Under the pieces are notes generated by a model that saw only the letters and a program-made list of their open reading frames with translations, did not search any database and had not been told where the DNA came from. From positions 713 to 64,712 of the forward strand of contig ONKF01000034.1 in the NCBI GenBank assembly GCA_900318335.1: a DNA stretch of 64,000 bases, given 5' to 3'. The DNA is from an uncultured Prevotellaceae bacterium (GTDB lineage: Bacteria; Bacteroidota; Bacteroidia; Bacteroidales; Muribaculaceae). Shown here one piece after another: positions 35,684 to 44,126 of the stretch (positions are counted from its first letter, which is position 1; the number at the start of each line of letters is the position of its first letter). The position numbers and the translations under genes were made by a program.

Positions 35684-37414
35684 TCAAAGGGTGATGTCTA
35701 TGAGGGCGCTAACGTCGTGAATGTTGATTTTGCCATTACCGTCCACATCAGCTACCTCACTCTGGAATTCTTCACCGCTGAGCAACAAGTCAATCAACGC
35801 AGTTACGTCCTTGACGTTGACTTGGCCGTCATCGTTCACATCACCAATCAGCAGTGAAACGTTCTTTGACACTGTAAAGCTGATGATACTGTTATCCTCC
35901 TGAATGTTCATAATCGAGAAGTCATTCTCTACACCAGCCCATGTCAAGAGGTTGGGAGTTGTCTCGTTAGATATCATCACATTGCCCGATGTACCAGGGA
36001 ACGGGTCACTCGCCGATTCACCATAAGTGCTGTTACCAGCACGCAACATCTCGTAGTAATTGTGGCTCGGGTCGCAGTTGACTTTATTGTTGATCCACGC
36101 ATTGACGTCTGTGCTATCGACACGCGTCACAATCATGCCGTGACCAGGCAGATAACTGTCCCAACCGGTCTTCTGGCGGTTCTCGATAGTGAAGAACTCG
36201 TTATCGACAGGAGTGGGCAGGATGTATCCCTCGCGGGATGTGTTCACGGCCTCGAGCGTGTAAGAGCCAGGCATGGTGATGATATTGGACATAGCCCAAC
36301 CCAAAGTATAGCGTTCAAAGAATGAGTAGCCTGCGGGTGTGCGTCCATAGTTGTAATCGTAACCGCTCGCCATCACGTCCCAACCGCCAGGATCATGGCT
36401 CTGACCACCGCTTGAATAGTAGTCGGTGTCATACATGTCGGGCAGGCCAAACACATGGCTGAACTCATGACAGACAGTGCCAATGCCATCTACCCACACT
36501 GTCAAAGGTGTACTCTCAAAACCCCTTAGCTCGGTTGAGCAGGCGTATCGACCCAACTGTTTGCCGTCATAAGAGATATTAGTGAAGGAGAGGCTCGAGG
36601 CGTGAGGCCACAGGTAGCCGGGATCGTTGCCGCTATAGCTTGATGAATAACCAGCTACAAGGAAGTATATCATATCCACCATGCCGTCATTGTCATAGTC
36701 ATACTGGCTGAAATCGATCTCTTCATTGGCATCCGAAAGCGCGGTGGTTAAGATGGATGTCGTATAATTCTGGCACTGGTTTGCATTACGGCTCGAAGTA
36801 TAGGGGCCATAGACGTCAAACGGAGGGTTAAACGCATCATTGCTCTGGTCCTTGAAATAGTCACGCACACTACCTGGACAGTTCACATGCTTGTTCTTCA
36901 CAGGGTCGTCAAAGCCCGTAAAACCCTCAGTGCTGAACATTTCGGTAAAGAACACATTGGGATCCTCGCTCCTGAATTTCACATCTGCAAAGTCAATCAG
37001 GATAACTATACCATGGAAATTGTCGAAATTAGACTTTGGCAAGTCAACATCCCGCTTCATGCGAAGCAATTTTCCCTTCTCCATTTCGGCTTGATCGGTC
37101 AGGTTTTTGGCCGTATTGGCGAGCAACATTATCTCTTGGGTAGTACGGTCAGCATAGTTGTGAGCGAGAACACCGCTCGGCTTCAATGTCTTGCCGTCAA
37201 GCTGGGCATACTCGTAAGCTCCACGGTCATTCAACATGACAGTATATCCATCCTCGGTGATATTAAAATGATAGAACTCGTCACCCATCAGGCCGATAGA
37301 CACCATTGTGCCATCGGGTTGGGGCATGGAGATAAACCCCCGATGAGCGGGAATAGCAAGGGCTTGAACACCCAAGAAGGCTGCAGTAAGCTGCAGTAAT
37401 ACAGTCTTTCTCAT
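35684..37414 (-). CDS. Secreted M6-family metalloprotease paralogue (short form) with a dockerin-type C-terminus
   Basis: Signal peptide, HEFSHVFGLPDMYD, and GDVNDDGQVNVKDVTALIDLLLSG...DVDGNGKINIHDVSALIDITL. It lacks the roughly 170-aa domain found between the catalytic and dockerin parts of the other three paralogues. It is most similar to 21584-23818. Confidence 0.85.
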   Translation of the reverse strand: MRKTVLLQLTAAFLGVQALAIPAHRGFISMPQPDGTMVSIGLMGDEFYHFNITEDGYTVMLNDRGAYEYAQLDGKTLKPSGVLAHNYADRTTQEIMLLANTAKNLTDQAEMEKGKLLRMKRDVDLPKSNFDNFHGIVILIDFADVKFRSEDPNVFFTEMFSTEGFTGFDDPVKNKHVNCPGSVRDYFKDQSNDAFNPPFDVYGPYTSSRNANQCQNYTTSILTTALSDANEEIDFSQYDYDNDGMVDMIYFLVAGYSSSYSGNDPGYLWPHASSLSFTNISYDGKQLGRYACSTELRGFESTPLTVWVDGIGTVCHEFSHVFGLPDMYDTDYYSSGGQSHDPGGWDVMASGYDYNYGRTPAGYSFFERYTLGWAMSNIITMPGSYTLEAVNTSREGYILPTPVDNEFFTIENRQKTGWDSYLPGHGMIVTRVDSTDVNAWINNKVNCDPSHNYYEMLRAGNSTYGESASDPFPGTSGNVMISNETTPNLLTWAGVENDFSIMNIQEDNSIISFTVSKNVSLLIGDVNDDGQVNVKDVTALIDLLLSGEEFQSEVADVDGNGKINIHDVSALIDITL

Positions 37415-37575
37415 AATATATTAATTTTATTAGTATATAGTTTTTAGTTAGTAAAGTTCTCAAAGTTATATTTTTTTTGACATTTATGGCTTAATATCCG
37501 CTAAATAATATACTTTTCTCCTCAAGAAAAGCGAAACAAGAACGGTAATTTGATTTTTGGCTTCATGGCTACAAA

Positions 37576-37614
37576 TTAAGAAGCCATCAGTCACATCGAC
37601 TAATGGCTTCTTAA
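37576..37614 (-). terminator. Hairpin abutting attL, probably the original tRNA-Arg terminator
   Basis: 12-bp arms TTAAGAAGCCAT / ATGGCTTCTTAA. It lies immediately outside the 15-bp direct repeat. Confidence 0.5.
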
Positions 37615-37620
37615 TTTAAA

Positions 37621-37635
37621 GTACTCCCGCTGGGA
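37621..37635. repeat. attL-side copy of the 15-bp direct repeat
   Basis: GTACTCCCGCTGGGA, identical to 43994-44008. Confidence 0.9.
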
Positions 37636-37818
37636 GTAACCGATTTTGTTTCCTATTCGGTTTGTTTTATGTTTATTTGCTGAAATACAATCTATTAAAC
37701 TAAGTTCAAGTTAAAATAAAATAAAGCGACATCAAATAAAATCAAAAAAATGTTTCTCATTTGTGAAACTTTTTGTACCTTTGCAGTGTAATAAACAACA
37801 TCAATAAACCCTACTATT

Positions 37819-39099
37819 ATGGCAACAATCACTTACATTATCGGAAAGCGCGGCGGGGATCGTCCCGAAGTGACTCTCAAGCTGACTATCAGCAACGCAA
37901 AGAAGGTACAAAGCAAAGTACATGGTATTTCGGTGTTCCGTACATATTGGGACGACGAAAAGGGAGAAATGAAGACCACAAGCAAGTTTATTTCTCCTAA
38001 AGATAAGATGGAGATTGCCAACACTAACAAGCGGCTGGAAGACTTGAAAGCCGCAATCAAGCACAAGATAGCCGGAGTCGTCGAGGATGAGATAACGAAG
38101 GAGTGGTTAAAGAAAGAGATAGATATGTTTCTCTATCCTGAGAAGTATGCGCCAAAGGTGGAGAAGCCAAAGACGCTCATGGAAGCCGTTGAAGCCTACA
38201 TTGAAGCCGCTGAGGTTAGGAATATAGCCCAGCGCACAAGGTTTCAGTATGGGCAATTAAATACCCAGTTGTGTGAGTTCCTGGATGGCAAGGACAAAGA
38301 AACAAACGAGTTAGACAGGACATTCTATTATGAGTTTGTCAGCTTTCTCTACAATAAAGGCTATAAGAAAAATACGGTAGGTTACTTTATCAAGAATCTG
38401 AAAGCCGTTCTCAACTCGTTACCCTTTACCCAGCGCGCATCATGCGAACTGCTTCACGATAAGGAATGCAAAAAAGAAAAAGAGGATATTGCCAATATCT
38501 ACCTGAACGAAGATGAACTCGCAAAGATAGCCAACTTGGAATTATCAGGACATCTTGATAAAGCAAGGGATCAATTTCTCCTGTTGTGCTGGACTGGTTG
38601 TCGATATAGCGACCTAGGTAAACTGAACAAAGACAATATCGTTATTAGGAACGGAAGGGAATATTTCAAGATTGAACAACAGAAGACGCAAGCCACGCCG
38701 ACTATCCCGGTCTTTCCTGTCGTACATGCCATAATGGAGAAGTATGACTACTGCGTCCCCAATCCCATGAGCGACCAGAAGCTAAATGAATATGTCAAGG
38801 AAGTAGCAAAACTGGCTGGGCTTGATGGAGAAGTCAAGATTACCCACACCGAGAAGAAGAACGGTAAAGTTCAACGAGTAGTGAGAAGATATAAGCAGTG
38901 GGAGTGTGTGAAAGTCCACACCGCAAGAAGAAGTTTTGCGACAAATATGTATCTTCGGAATTTCCCCACTCTTATGATTATGAGAATAACTGGCCATGCA
39001 AGCGAAAAGGCGTTCCTAGGCTATATCAAAGTGTCCGAGGATGAGAACGCTGAGCGCATGATGAAGCAGTTTGAAGAAATGGAGAAACGAGTTAATTAA
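37819..39099 (+). CDS. int: Tyrosine-type site-specific integrase
   Basis: CWTGCRYSDL (Arg I), VHTARRSFATNMY (H-x-x-R) and ITGHASEKAFLGYI (His/Tyr). Confidence 0.9.
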   Translation: MATITYIIGKRGGDRPEVTLKLTISNAKKVQSKVHGISVFRTYWDDEKGEMKTTSKFISPKDKMEIANTNKRLEDLKAAIKHKIAGVVEDEITKEWLKKEIDMFLYPEKYAPKVEKPKTLMEAVEAYIEAAEVRNIAQRTRFQYGQLNTQLCEFLDGKDKETNELDRTFYYEFVSFLYNKGYKKNTVGYFIKNLKAVLNSLPFTQRASCELLHDKECKKEKEDIANIYLNEDELAKIANLELSGHLDKARDQFLLLCWTGCRYSDLGKLNKDNIVIRNGREYFKIEQQKTQATPTIPVFPVVHAIMEKYDYCVPNPMSDQKLNEYVKEVAKLAGLDGEVKITHTEKKNGKVQRVVRRYKQWECVKVHTARRSFATNMYLRNFPTLMIMRITGHASEKAFLGYIKVSEDENAERMMKQFEEMEKRVN

Positions 39100-39124
39100 C
39101 ATACTAATATTTAACTAAAACATT

Positions 39125-39310
39125 ATGGAAGCTCAAAGACTATTAAACACCGTTGATTACGAATCAATGAAGATTTATTTGGCAGATGCGTTTGTGGCCG
39201 TACACAAAGCGGATATGCCCGCCCGAGATTGTGAGAACGTGTGCAACCTGTTTGTTATGCTCGATTCAATCGTCGAGGACGAACACAAGCGGGAATCGTC
39301 AAAAAAATAG
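39125..39310 (+). CDS. Hypothetical protein (61 aa)
   Basis: ORF directly downstream of int. No recognisable motif. Confidence 0.35.
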   Translation: MEAQRLLNTVDYESMKIYLADAFVAVHKADMPARDCENVCNLFVMLDSIVEDEHKRESSKK

Positions 39311-39315
39311 GAATT

Positions 39316-39546
39316 ATGGGATTATTGGAAGATTACAAGCTTGATCAGCTTGCCATGCGCGTCTTTTTGGACAAACGCTATTCAAATAATAGTCCGGCTG
39401 TTCTTTTAGCGATGAGGATTCAAAATGAGTTCATGAGAAAATGGCCTGAAACGGCTGGCCGCTGGGAATTCCCCAACGACGTGATAGACGCTAGTCACTT
39501 GCCATATTTATCTGATGAAACGATTACGGATATATTACAACTCTAA
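39316..39546 (+). CDS. Hypothetical protein (76 aa)
   Basis: ATG at 39316 (MGLLEDYKLDQL...), 3 bp after the preceding stop codon ends (39313). Confidence 0.35.
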   Translation: MGLLEDYKLDQLAMRVFLDKRYSNNSPAVLLAMRIQNEFMRKWPETAGRWEFPNDVIDASHLPYLSDETITDILQL

Positions 39547-39751
39547 CTAAAACTAAAGCATTATGGAAGCAGAAAAATAGTACGATAATTCCGTATTCCA
39601 GGACAACAGAAACAAAGGGGGCTACCATCGCGGTAACTCCCTTTGCAACATCATGAAACAAATTGAACATCATGAAACAAAAACCTCGGTGCCTTTCATG
39701 GTAACTAGATTCAGCCTGTTTAGTCGGAAATCAGTTTATCGTATTATTTTA

Positions 39752-39912
39752 GGTTATAGGTTATAGTTACGTTAAGTAACTGATTTTTAGATATTTAATC
39801 TATAACCTGGGCATAACCTAAAATTTGCTGTCGCTTCTTTTATCGGGTTATAGTCAGGTTATACCATATTTAGCTGAAAACCAATATCTTATAATTGGTA
39901 TAACCTATAACC
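39752..39912. repeat. Iteron-like array of GGTTATA/TATAACC heptamers
   Basis: GGTTATAGGTTATA (39752-39765) and its exact inverse TATAACCTATAACC (39899-39912). Internal copies sit at 39801-07 (inverted), 39813-18 (partial), 39846-52 and 39857-63. Confidence 0.85.
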
Positions 39913-39920
39913 AATAGTAA

Positions 39921-41366
39921 TCATTTTCTGCCGTTCTTGATGCCCGATAGCCAAGACTGACTTACACCAATAGCACTAGCCAACTTTGATACATTTGTAT
40001 TTGGGTATAACTCCATTAACCGACGTACTGTCTCGGTCTTGTTAGACTTTCTTTGCGAGCCACACACCCTGTGTAGAGCGCGCTCTCCGCATCGAACAAA
40101 ATACTCCATACATTCTATAGCATACCCCATCGTGTCAGTTCCGATAGCGTTACCAGCGTCATAATCATAAGCGAGTCTTGCTGCATGGACTATCCCTGCA
40201 AGCCTTATGACCTGGATTTGAGCCTTAGAGTATATCACACCCTCTTTTTCTTCCTCCAATAGGCCTTTTTTCCGATTTTGCATCAGGTTAAAGTAGTCGC
40301 TATAAGCCTGTATTGTCTGCGGTGGCATTACAAAGGTTGTTGGCTTCATGTCCTTATAGAGATAGTTCACAACATCATCCCAGTGTTGGCGGTAATCGCT
40401 CCGCATGACCTTATTATCGTAGTTAGGGAACGTGGGTTCATCGGGCCATGCGAAAAGGAATCTACCAAATAATCCCGAAGCGACATCTGCACTAGCAAAA
40501 GACTCGGTGAGAATGTCTGGCTGTATTCCGCCAAGTATATTCATAAAAGGCCGCTCAACGTCTACCGGTTCACTACCTTTTCTGTCAACCTGGATCGGGT
40601 CATTATTGTCAAATATCGACAGTAATTCTTCACGCTCTCCGCTGTTTGCGGAATACCTTGCGAAATCCTTAAACAGGCCCGAGAACTCGTCCCGATGAAG
40701 TAACGCACCGTGCGGGAAATCTCTCATCCTTATTGCTCGGGCTTCTCGTGTGGCATCCTTAAACACTATACGCTCTAATCTTGGCGGCTCATCGTCTTTT
40801 CCTGTCACTTTGAGAGCATCTGAATAAGCCTTTTTTAGATCAGTGTTAATTTTGTATATAGGCCGCAAAACCTCTTTTGTCGGTTGTGACTTACTGCTGC
40901 CAGTGGGGCCTACGTCAACAAACCACAAGCACAGAGAATTATCATATTTACCTCTGATTGATATTTTTTTGCCTACAGCCGTACTTATTGCACTGAATAG
41001 TGCAACGGTAGGAAACTCGCGCGGACACTGGTAAACATCGGTTACATGATTGATATACGCCTGTAGATGAGGTGGTAGCCCGTGAATTGGCAGCACATCT
41101 ATAACACCACCGTTTCCGCTATAATTAAGGATGGTTTGAAGTCGTGTGTACTGATCTAAATTGGCTTTGCATATTTCCCGATAGTCATTGGGCGCAACAA
41201 GATTCACATCTATGTTTGTTGTGTCCTGGCTGTTGTGGCTGTAGGTATTCAGTGAAGATGTGGAAAAAGAATCGTCTAATTCTTTGGGATTTAGCGTTTC
41301 TTGTACTACCTTTGTGCTGTTCTTCTTGATGGCGGCCTCAAAGCCGCTTTTTTCTTCAAGTTCCAT
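39921..41366 (-). CDS. P-loop NTPase, DUF3987/primase-helicase-like replication protein with a C-terminal HTH
   Basis: Walker A VDVGPTGSSKSQP, Walker B-like LLHRDEFSGLF, and a C-terminal NVSKLASAIGVSQSWLSGIKNG. The start MELEEKSG follows the Xis-like stop. Confidence 0.55.
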   Translation of the reverse strand: MELEEKSGFEAAIKKNSTKVVQETLNPKELDDSFSTSSLNTYSHNSQDTTNIDVNLVAPNDYREICKANLDQYTRLQTILNYSGNGGVIDVLPIHGLPPHLQAYINHVTDVYQCPREFPTVALFSAISTAVGKKISIRGKYDNSLCLWFVDVGPTGSSKSQPTKEVLRPIYKINTDLKKAYSDALKVTGKDDEPPRLERIVFKDATREARAIRMRDFPHGALLHRDEFSGLFKDFARYSANSGEREELLSIFDNNDPIQVDRKGSEPVDVERPFMNILGGIQPDILTESFASADVASGLFGRFLFAWPDEPTFPNYDNKVMRSDYRQHWDDVVNYLYKDMKPTTFVMPPQTIQAYSDYFNLMQNRKKGLLEEEKEGVIYSKAQIQVIRLAGIVHAARLAYDYDAGNAIGTDTMGYAIECMEYFVRCGERALHRVCGSQRKSNKTETVRRLMELYPNTNVSKLASAIGVSQSWLSGIKNGRK

Positions 41367-41373
41367 AGTTAAT

Positions 41374-41670
41374 TTACTTGTTGTTTGAATTAGCGAATTG
41401 CCGCAAAAGTTCAACAGGATATAGAACTCTACGACCTACTCGGGTGGGGATCAAATAACCCACCTTTGCCCAGTTAGAAAGCGTCGCTGTTGTGACGTGA
41501 AGAAACTTTGCGGCTTCATTGCGTGTAAGCATCTCCGGGCTACTATCTGCGACAGCCTGTGTGTTTGATGGGGTGCAGTACTGCGACATCGCATCAACGA
41601 CAGCGCGAATAATAAGCTGCTCCAGGTCATCAGCCTCAATCTGATAAACCGTTTTTGTAATGTTCGACAT
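41374..41670 (-). CDS. Excisionase-family helix-turn-helix DNA-binding protein
   Basis: LTRNEAAKFLHVTTATLSNWAKVGYLIPTRVGRRVLY (MerR/Xis HTH_17-like). Confidence 0.7.
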   Translation of the reverse strand: MSNITKTVYQIEADDLEQLIIRAVVDAMSQYCTPSNTQAVADSSPEMLTRNEAAKFLHVTTATLSNWAKVGYLIPTRVGRRVLYPVELLRQFANSNNK

Positions 41671-41867
41671 ACATTTTGTTTAGGGGGTTTGGTTGTGCCC
41701 ATACCCTTGTTAATAATGGTTTATTTTTCGAATTTTGGCAATTTGCTGCCATTTTTTTGATAATTCTCTTTATAAACTCGGCTTTTTCCTTGCATTTTGC
41801 TATAATTTGAGGCAAATTCCTGTAAAAACATTGTCCTTTGTCTCAAATATCGGCAAGAAAAAACGAT

Positions 41868-42263
41868 TTAGAGTCTTGTAAAATACTCAGGTCGAAAGTT
41901 TCTCCGGTAAAGCGCTCCACCCTTAGCAGAGATGTAATACTTGTCCTGCTCTATGGGAGACCTCTCAATGTAACCTTCAGCGATAAGCCTCGACACCAGC
42001 CAAGCAGCCAACGATGACCGCCAAGGCTCGTCGAAAAATCTAAAAACTGCCGGGTCGCTCTTTGCCCAAGTCAGCAAATCATGTTCACTCCACGGTATTG
42101 AGCGGATATATTGAATATGCTCCTGATCGTCGACGGATGGATCGGGCTCCATGCCCAGGCTCATAAGATGCCTAACCCAGTGTTTCACGTCCGCCGCGGT
42201 GAAGGAAATTGACAACTGCACTTCCCGCGCGCTCAAGTCGATTTTGTGTCTCCGGGTAATCAT
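41868..42263 (-). CDS. Hypothetical protein (131 aa)
   Basis: ORF in the co-directional operon, with a 4-bp overlap with the upstream ORF. Confidence 0.45.
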   Translation of the reverse strand: MITRRHKIDLSAREVQLSISFTAADVKHWVRHLMSLGMEPDPSVDDQEHIQYIRSIPWSEHDLLTWAKSDPAVFRFFDEPWRSSLAAWLVSRLIAEGYIERSPIEQDKYYISAKGGALYRRNFRPEYFTRL

Positions 42264-42499
42264 TTAAGCGTCGCTTTTAGTTGTTCTTGGTATTTTTTTG
42301 ACGCGCGCTGCTCCTCCTCATACCGGGACAGGCAGTCGTTGACATATCCCCTGGAGAAGCGCTTAACGAGTTCGGGGTCAGAACTAAGACGTTCAGAAAT
42401 GCTGTTGATGGCCTTGCGCTCGTCGGCGGTCAGCACCTCGACAATCTTTGCGCCTAAACAGGCAAAAATATTAATCGGTAAATCGTTTGAAATTTCCAT
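42260..42499 (-). CDS. Hypothetical protein (79 aa)
   Basis: ORF in the operon. Confidence 0.4.
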   Translation of the reverse strand: MEISNDLPINIFACLGAKIVEVLTADERKAINSISERLSSDPELVKRFSRGYVNDCLSRYEEEQRASKKYQEQLKATLK

Positions 42500-42505
42500 A
42501 TTAAA

Positions 42506-43153
42506 TTAAATGATGTTTAAATGTGTTTGTAATCTCTGTTCTTGACGTTGGCGGTAACGCTCTGCAACAGCCGACAGCCGTGAACTTAAAGCATTGTCAT
42601 AAAATGTGTTTTCTTGCATCGAGGAAATTGTCCTCAATTCGGGGTGCATGAGGCCGTTGTCGGCTTCCCACTGGCGCACCCGGCGCAATTCCTCAAGTAC
42701 ATTGGTAAGTCTTTGCCACTGCTCCTGGATGATAACGGGCACTGGGAGCGTCGCCCGCGCCTCGGAAATGCGGTCTAGCTCTTCATCGTCAACATAAAAA
42801 AGCCCGTCGCTCCCGCGCAACCACTCGATTTCCGGCCATTCATGAACAAAATGCTGAATGGTGTCAATGTGGCGTAACGCGGCCTTCTTGATGTTGCGCC
42901 AGCGTTGAAGATAGTCGGCTCGCTGCTCGGCTGTGAGCGTGGGGTCGCCCTTGATGGCCTTGGTGTGAATCTCGATGGACTTTCCGAGCCATTCAGAGGT
43001 GTATTCGCGCGGCTCGTTTACGTAGATGCCCGGTAAGTCCTGGTGAAGTGTGAGGGCTTTAGCCGCCCTGGTCGCGGCTTCTACAGCCATCCTAAGCAGG
43101 GAGCGGTTATCGCGCCGCGCCTGTTCTAGAGTGATAAATTTCGTTTCGCTCAT
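42506..43153 (-). CDS. Hypothetical protein (215 aa)
   Basis: Start MSETKFITLEQ. A -7 box (TAATTTTG on the minus strand, 43188-43195) lies upstream. Confidence 0.5.
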   Translation of the reverse strand: MSETKFITLEQARRDNRSLLRMAVEAATRAAKALTLHQDLPGIYVNEPREYTSEWLGKSIEIHTKAIKGDPTLTAEQRADYLQRWRNIKKAALRHIDTIQHFVHEWPEIEWLRGSDGLFYVDDEELDRISEARATLPVPVIIQEQWQRLTNVLEELRRVRQWEADNGLMHPELRTISSMQENTFYDNALSSRLSAVAERYRQRQEQRLQTHLNII

Positions 43154-43725
43154 TATAAAAACTGATGGTTGATAAGACAACCACACGACAAAATTAATAG
43201 AGGCTAAATTTCAGGGGAATTTTTATAGTGGAAATGGGTGTTTCCTCTATTTCTTGCTGATTATCGGCAAAACCCGAAAGAAGCGTTTACCGCCTTATTT
43301 TCAGAGAGTTAAATCAAAAAAATATCGTGGAAAGAATTTGACAACTAAAAAATAATTTCTAACTTTGTGTGCGGTCTAGAGTAGGCCGTTTGAAAGTGAA
43401 TTGTTGCGTTTGATAACCGAGTCCTCCTTTTTATCGCCGTGCTGTTTCACCACAACAGGACGGCGTTATTTATGGCCAACTGAAAAAATTAAAAAATCTC
43501 GATTGAAGGTTACATACTCGGCAAATTCCCGCCTTTTGGGGGTGAGGGGGCATTTTGACCGAAATTCACACGTTTATAGATGAATATCAACCAATTAAAT
43601 AGAGTCAAACGTCAAAAGTCAAATAGATGTTCTAAGGGTTTTCCGCAATCCTGTTAGAAACTATACAACCACACAACAAGTTTATGGTATTTTGCTCCAT
43701 TTCGACTGAAAACCAGTCAGTTAAC

Positions 43726-43900
43726 TAGTTTATAACATAAACTTATAAACAGCATAGATGTTGATTTTCAAGTTTTACGGCAAATTCCGCAAAACAAATA
43801 CTATTCTTTCCCAGGTGCATCAGGTTTAATGATGGACTAATGAAATATAATATGATACTTATCTTTAAGTTTGTGATATAAATTAGTTTATAACATAAAC
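43726..43900. repeat. 17-bp direct repeat TAGTTTATAACATAAAC (43726-43742 and 43884-43900) near attR
   Basis: Exact duplicate read in the sequence. It sits in an ~800-bp stretch with no credible ORF. Confidence 0.8.
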
Positions 43901-43994
43901 CTCTTTATATACTTTTGTGAAACTTTTCTCCTTGCGATGTTTGTAAAAAATATGCTAACTACCTAATAACTAGGTTGTTAGCAAAATATCGATG

Positions 43995-44066
43995 TACTCC
44001 CGCTGGGAATCGAACCCAAATCTAAGGTTTAGGAAACCTCCATTCTATCCATTGAACTACAGGAGC
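43995..44066 (-). tRNA. tRNA-Arg (anticodon CCT)
   Basis: Minus strand: GCTCCTG-TA-GTTC-AATGGATA-GAAT-G-GAGGT-TTCCTAA-ACCTT-AGAT-TTGGG-TTCGATT-CCCAG-CGGGAGT-A. The cloverleaf folds with G-U pairs. Confidence 0.85.
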
Positions 44067-44126
44067 ATCATTAAAATCGGCTGGCATGGTGTTCACACCA
44101 GCCGATTTGTTTCATTGGGTCAGGAA

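Larger units (their letters stand above)
37621..44008. mobile_element. About 6.4-kb integrative element inserted in the 3' end of tRNA-Arg(CCT)
   Basis: Perfect 15-bp direct repeat GTACTCCCGCTGGGA at 37621-37635 and 43994-44008; the second copy forms the tRNA 3' end. It carries an integrase, an Xis-like HTH, a P-loop replication protein and iterons. It is AT-richer than its flanks. Confidence 0.85.

Noticed and set aside
39752-39912. Invertible promoter (inverton) bounded by the 14-bp inverted repeat
   Set aside because: No TAnnTTTG box was found inside the 133-bp core, and the internal heptamer copies fit an iteron origin better. It is kept only as a minor alternative in the finding.
44071-44126. 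Extension of the secF ORF to 44071, abutting the tRNA
   Set aside because: This tail (..HLRDDPRCYHRYLL...) is frameshift read-through. The conserved SecF C-terminus lies in another frame and stops at 44127.
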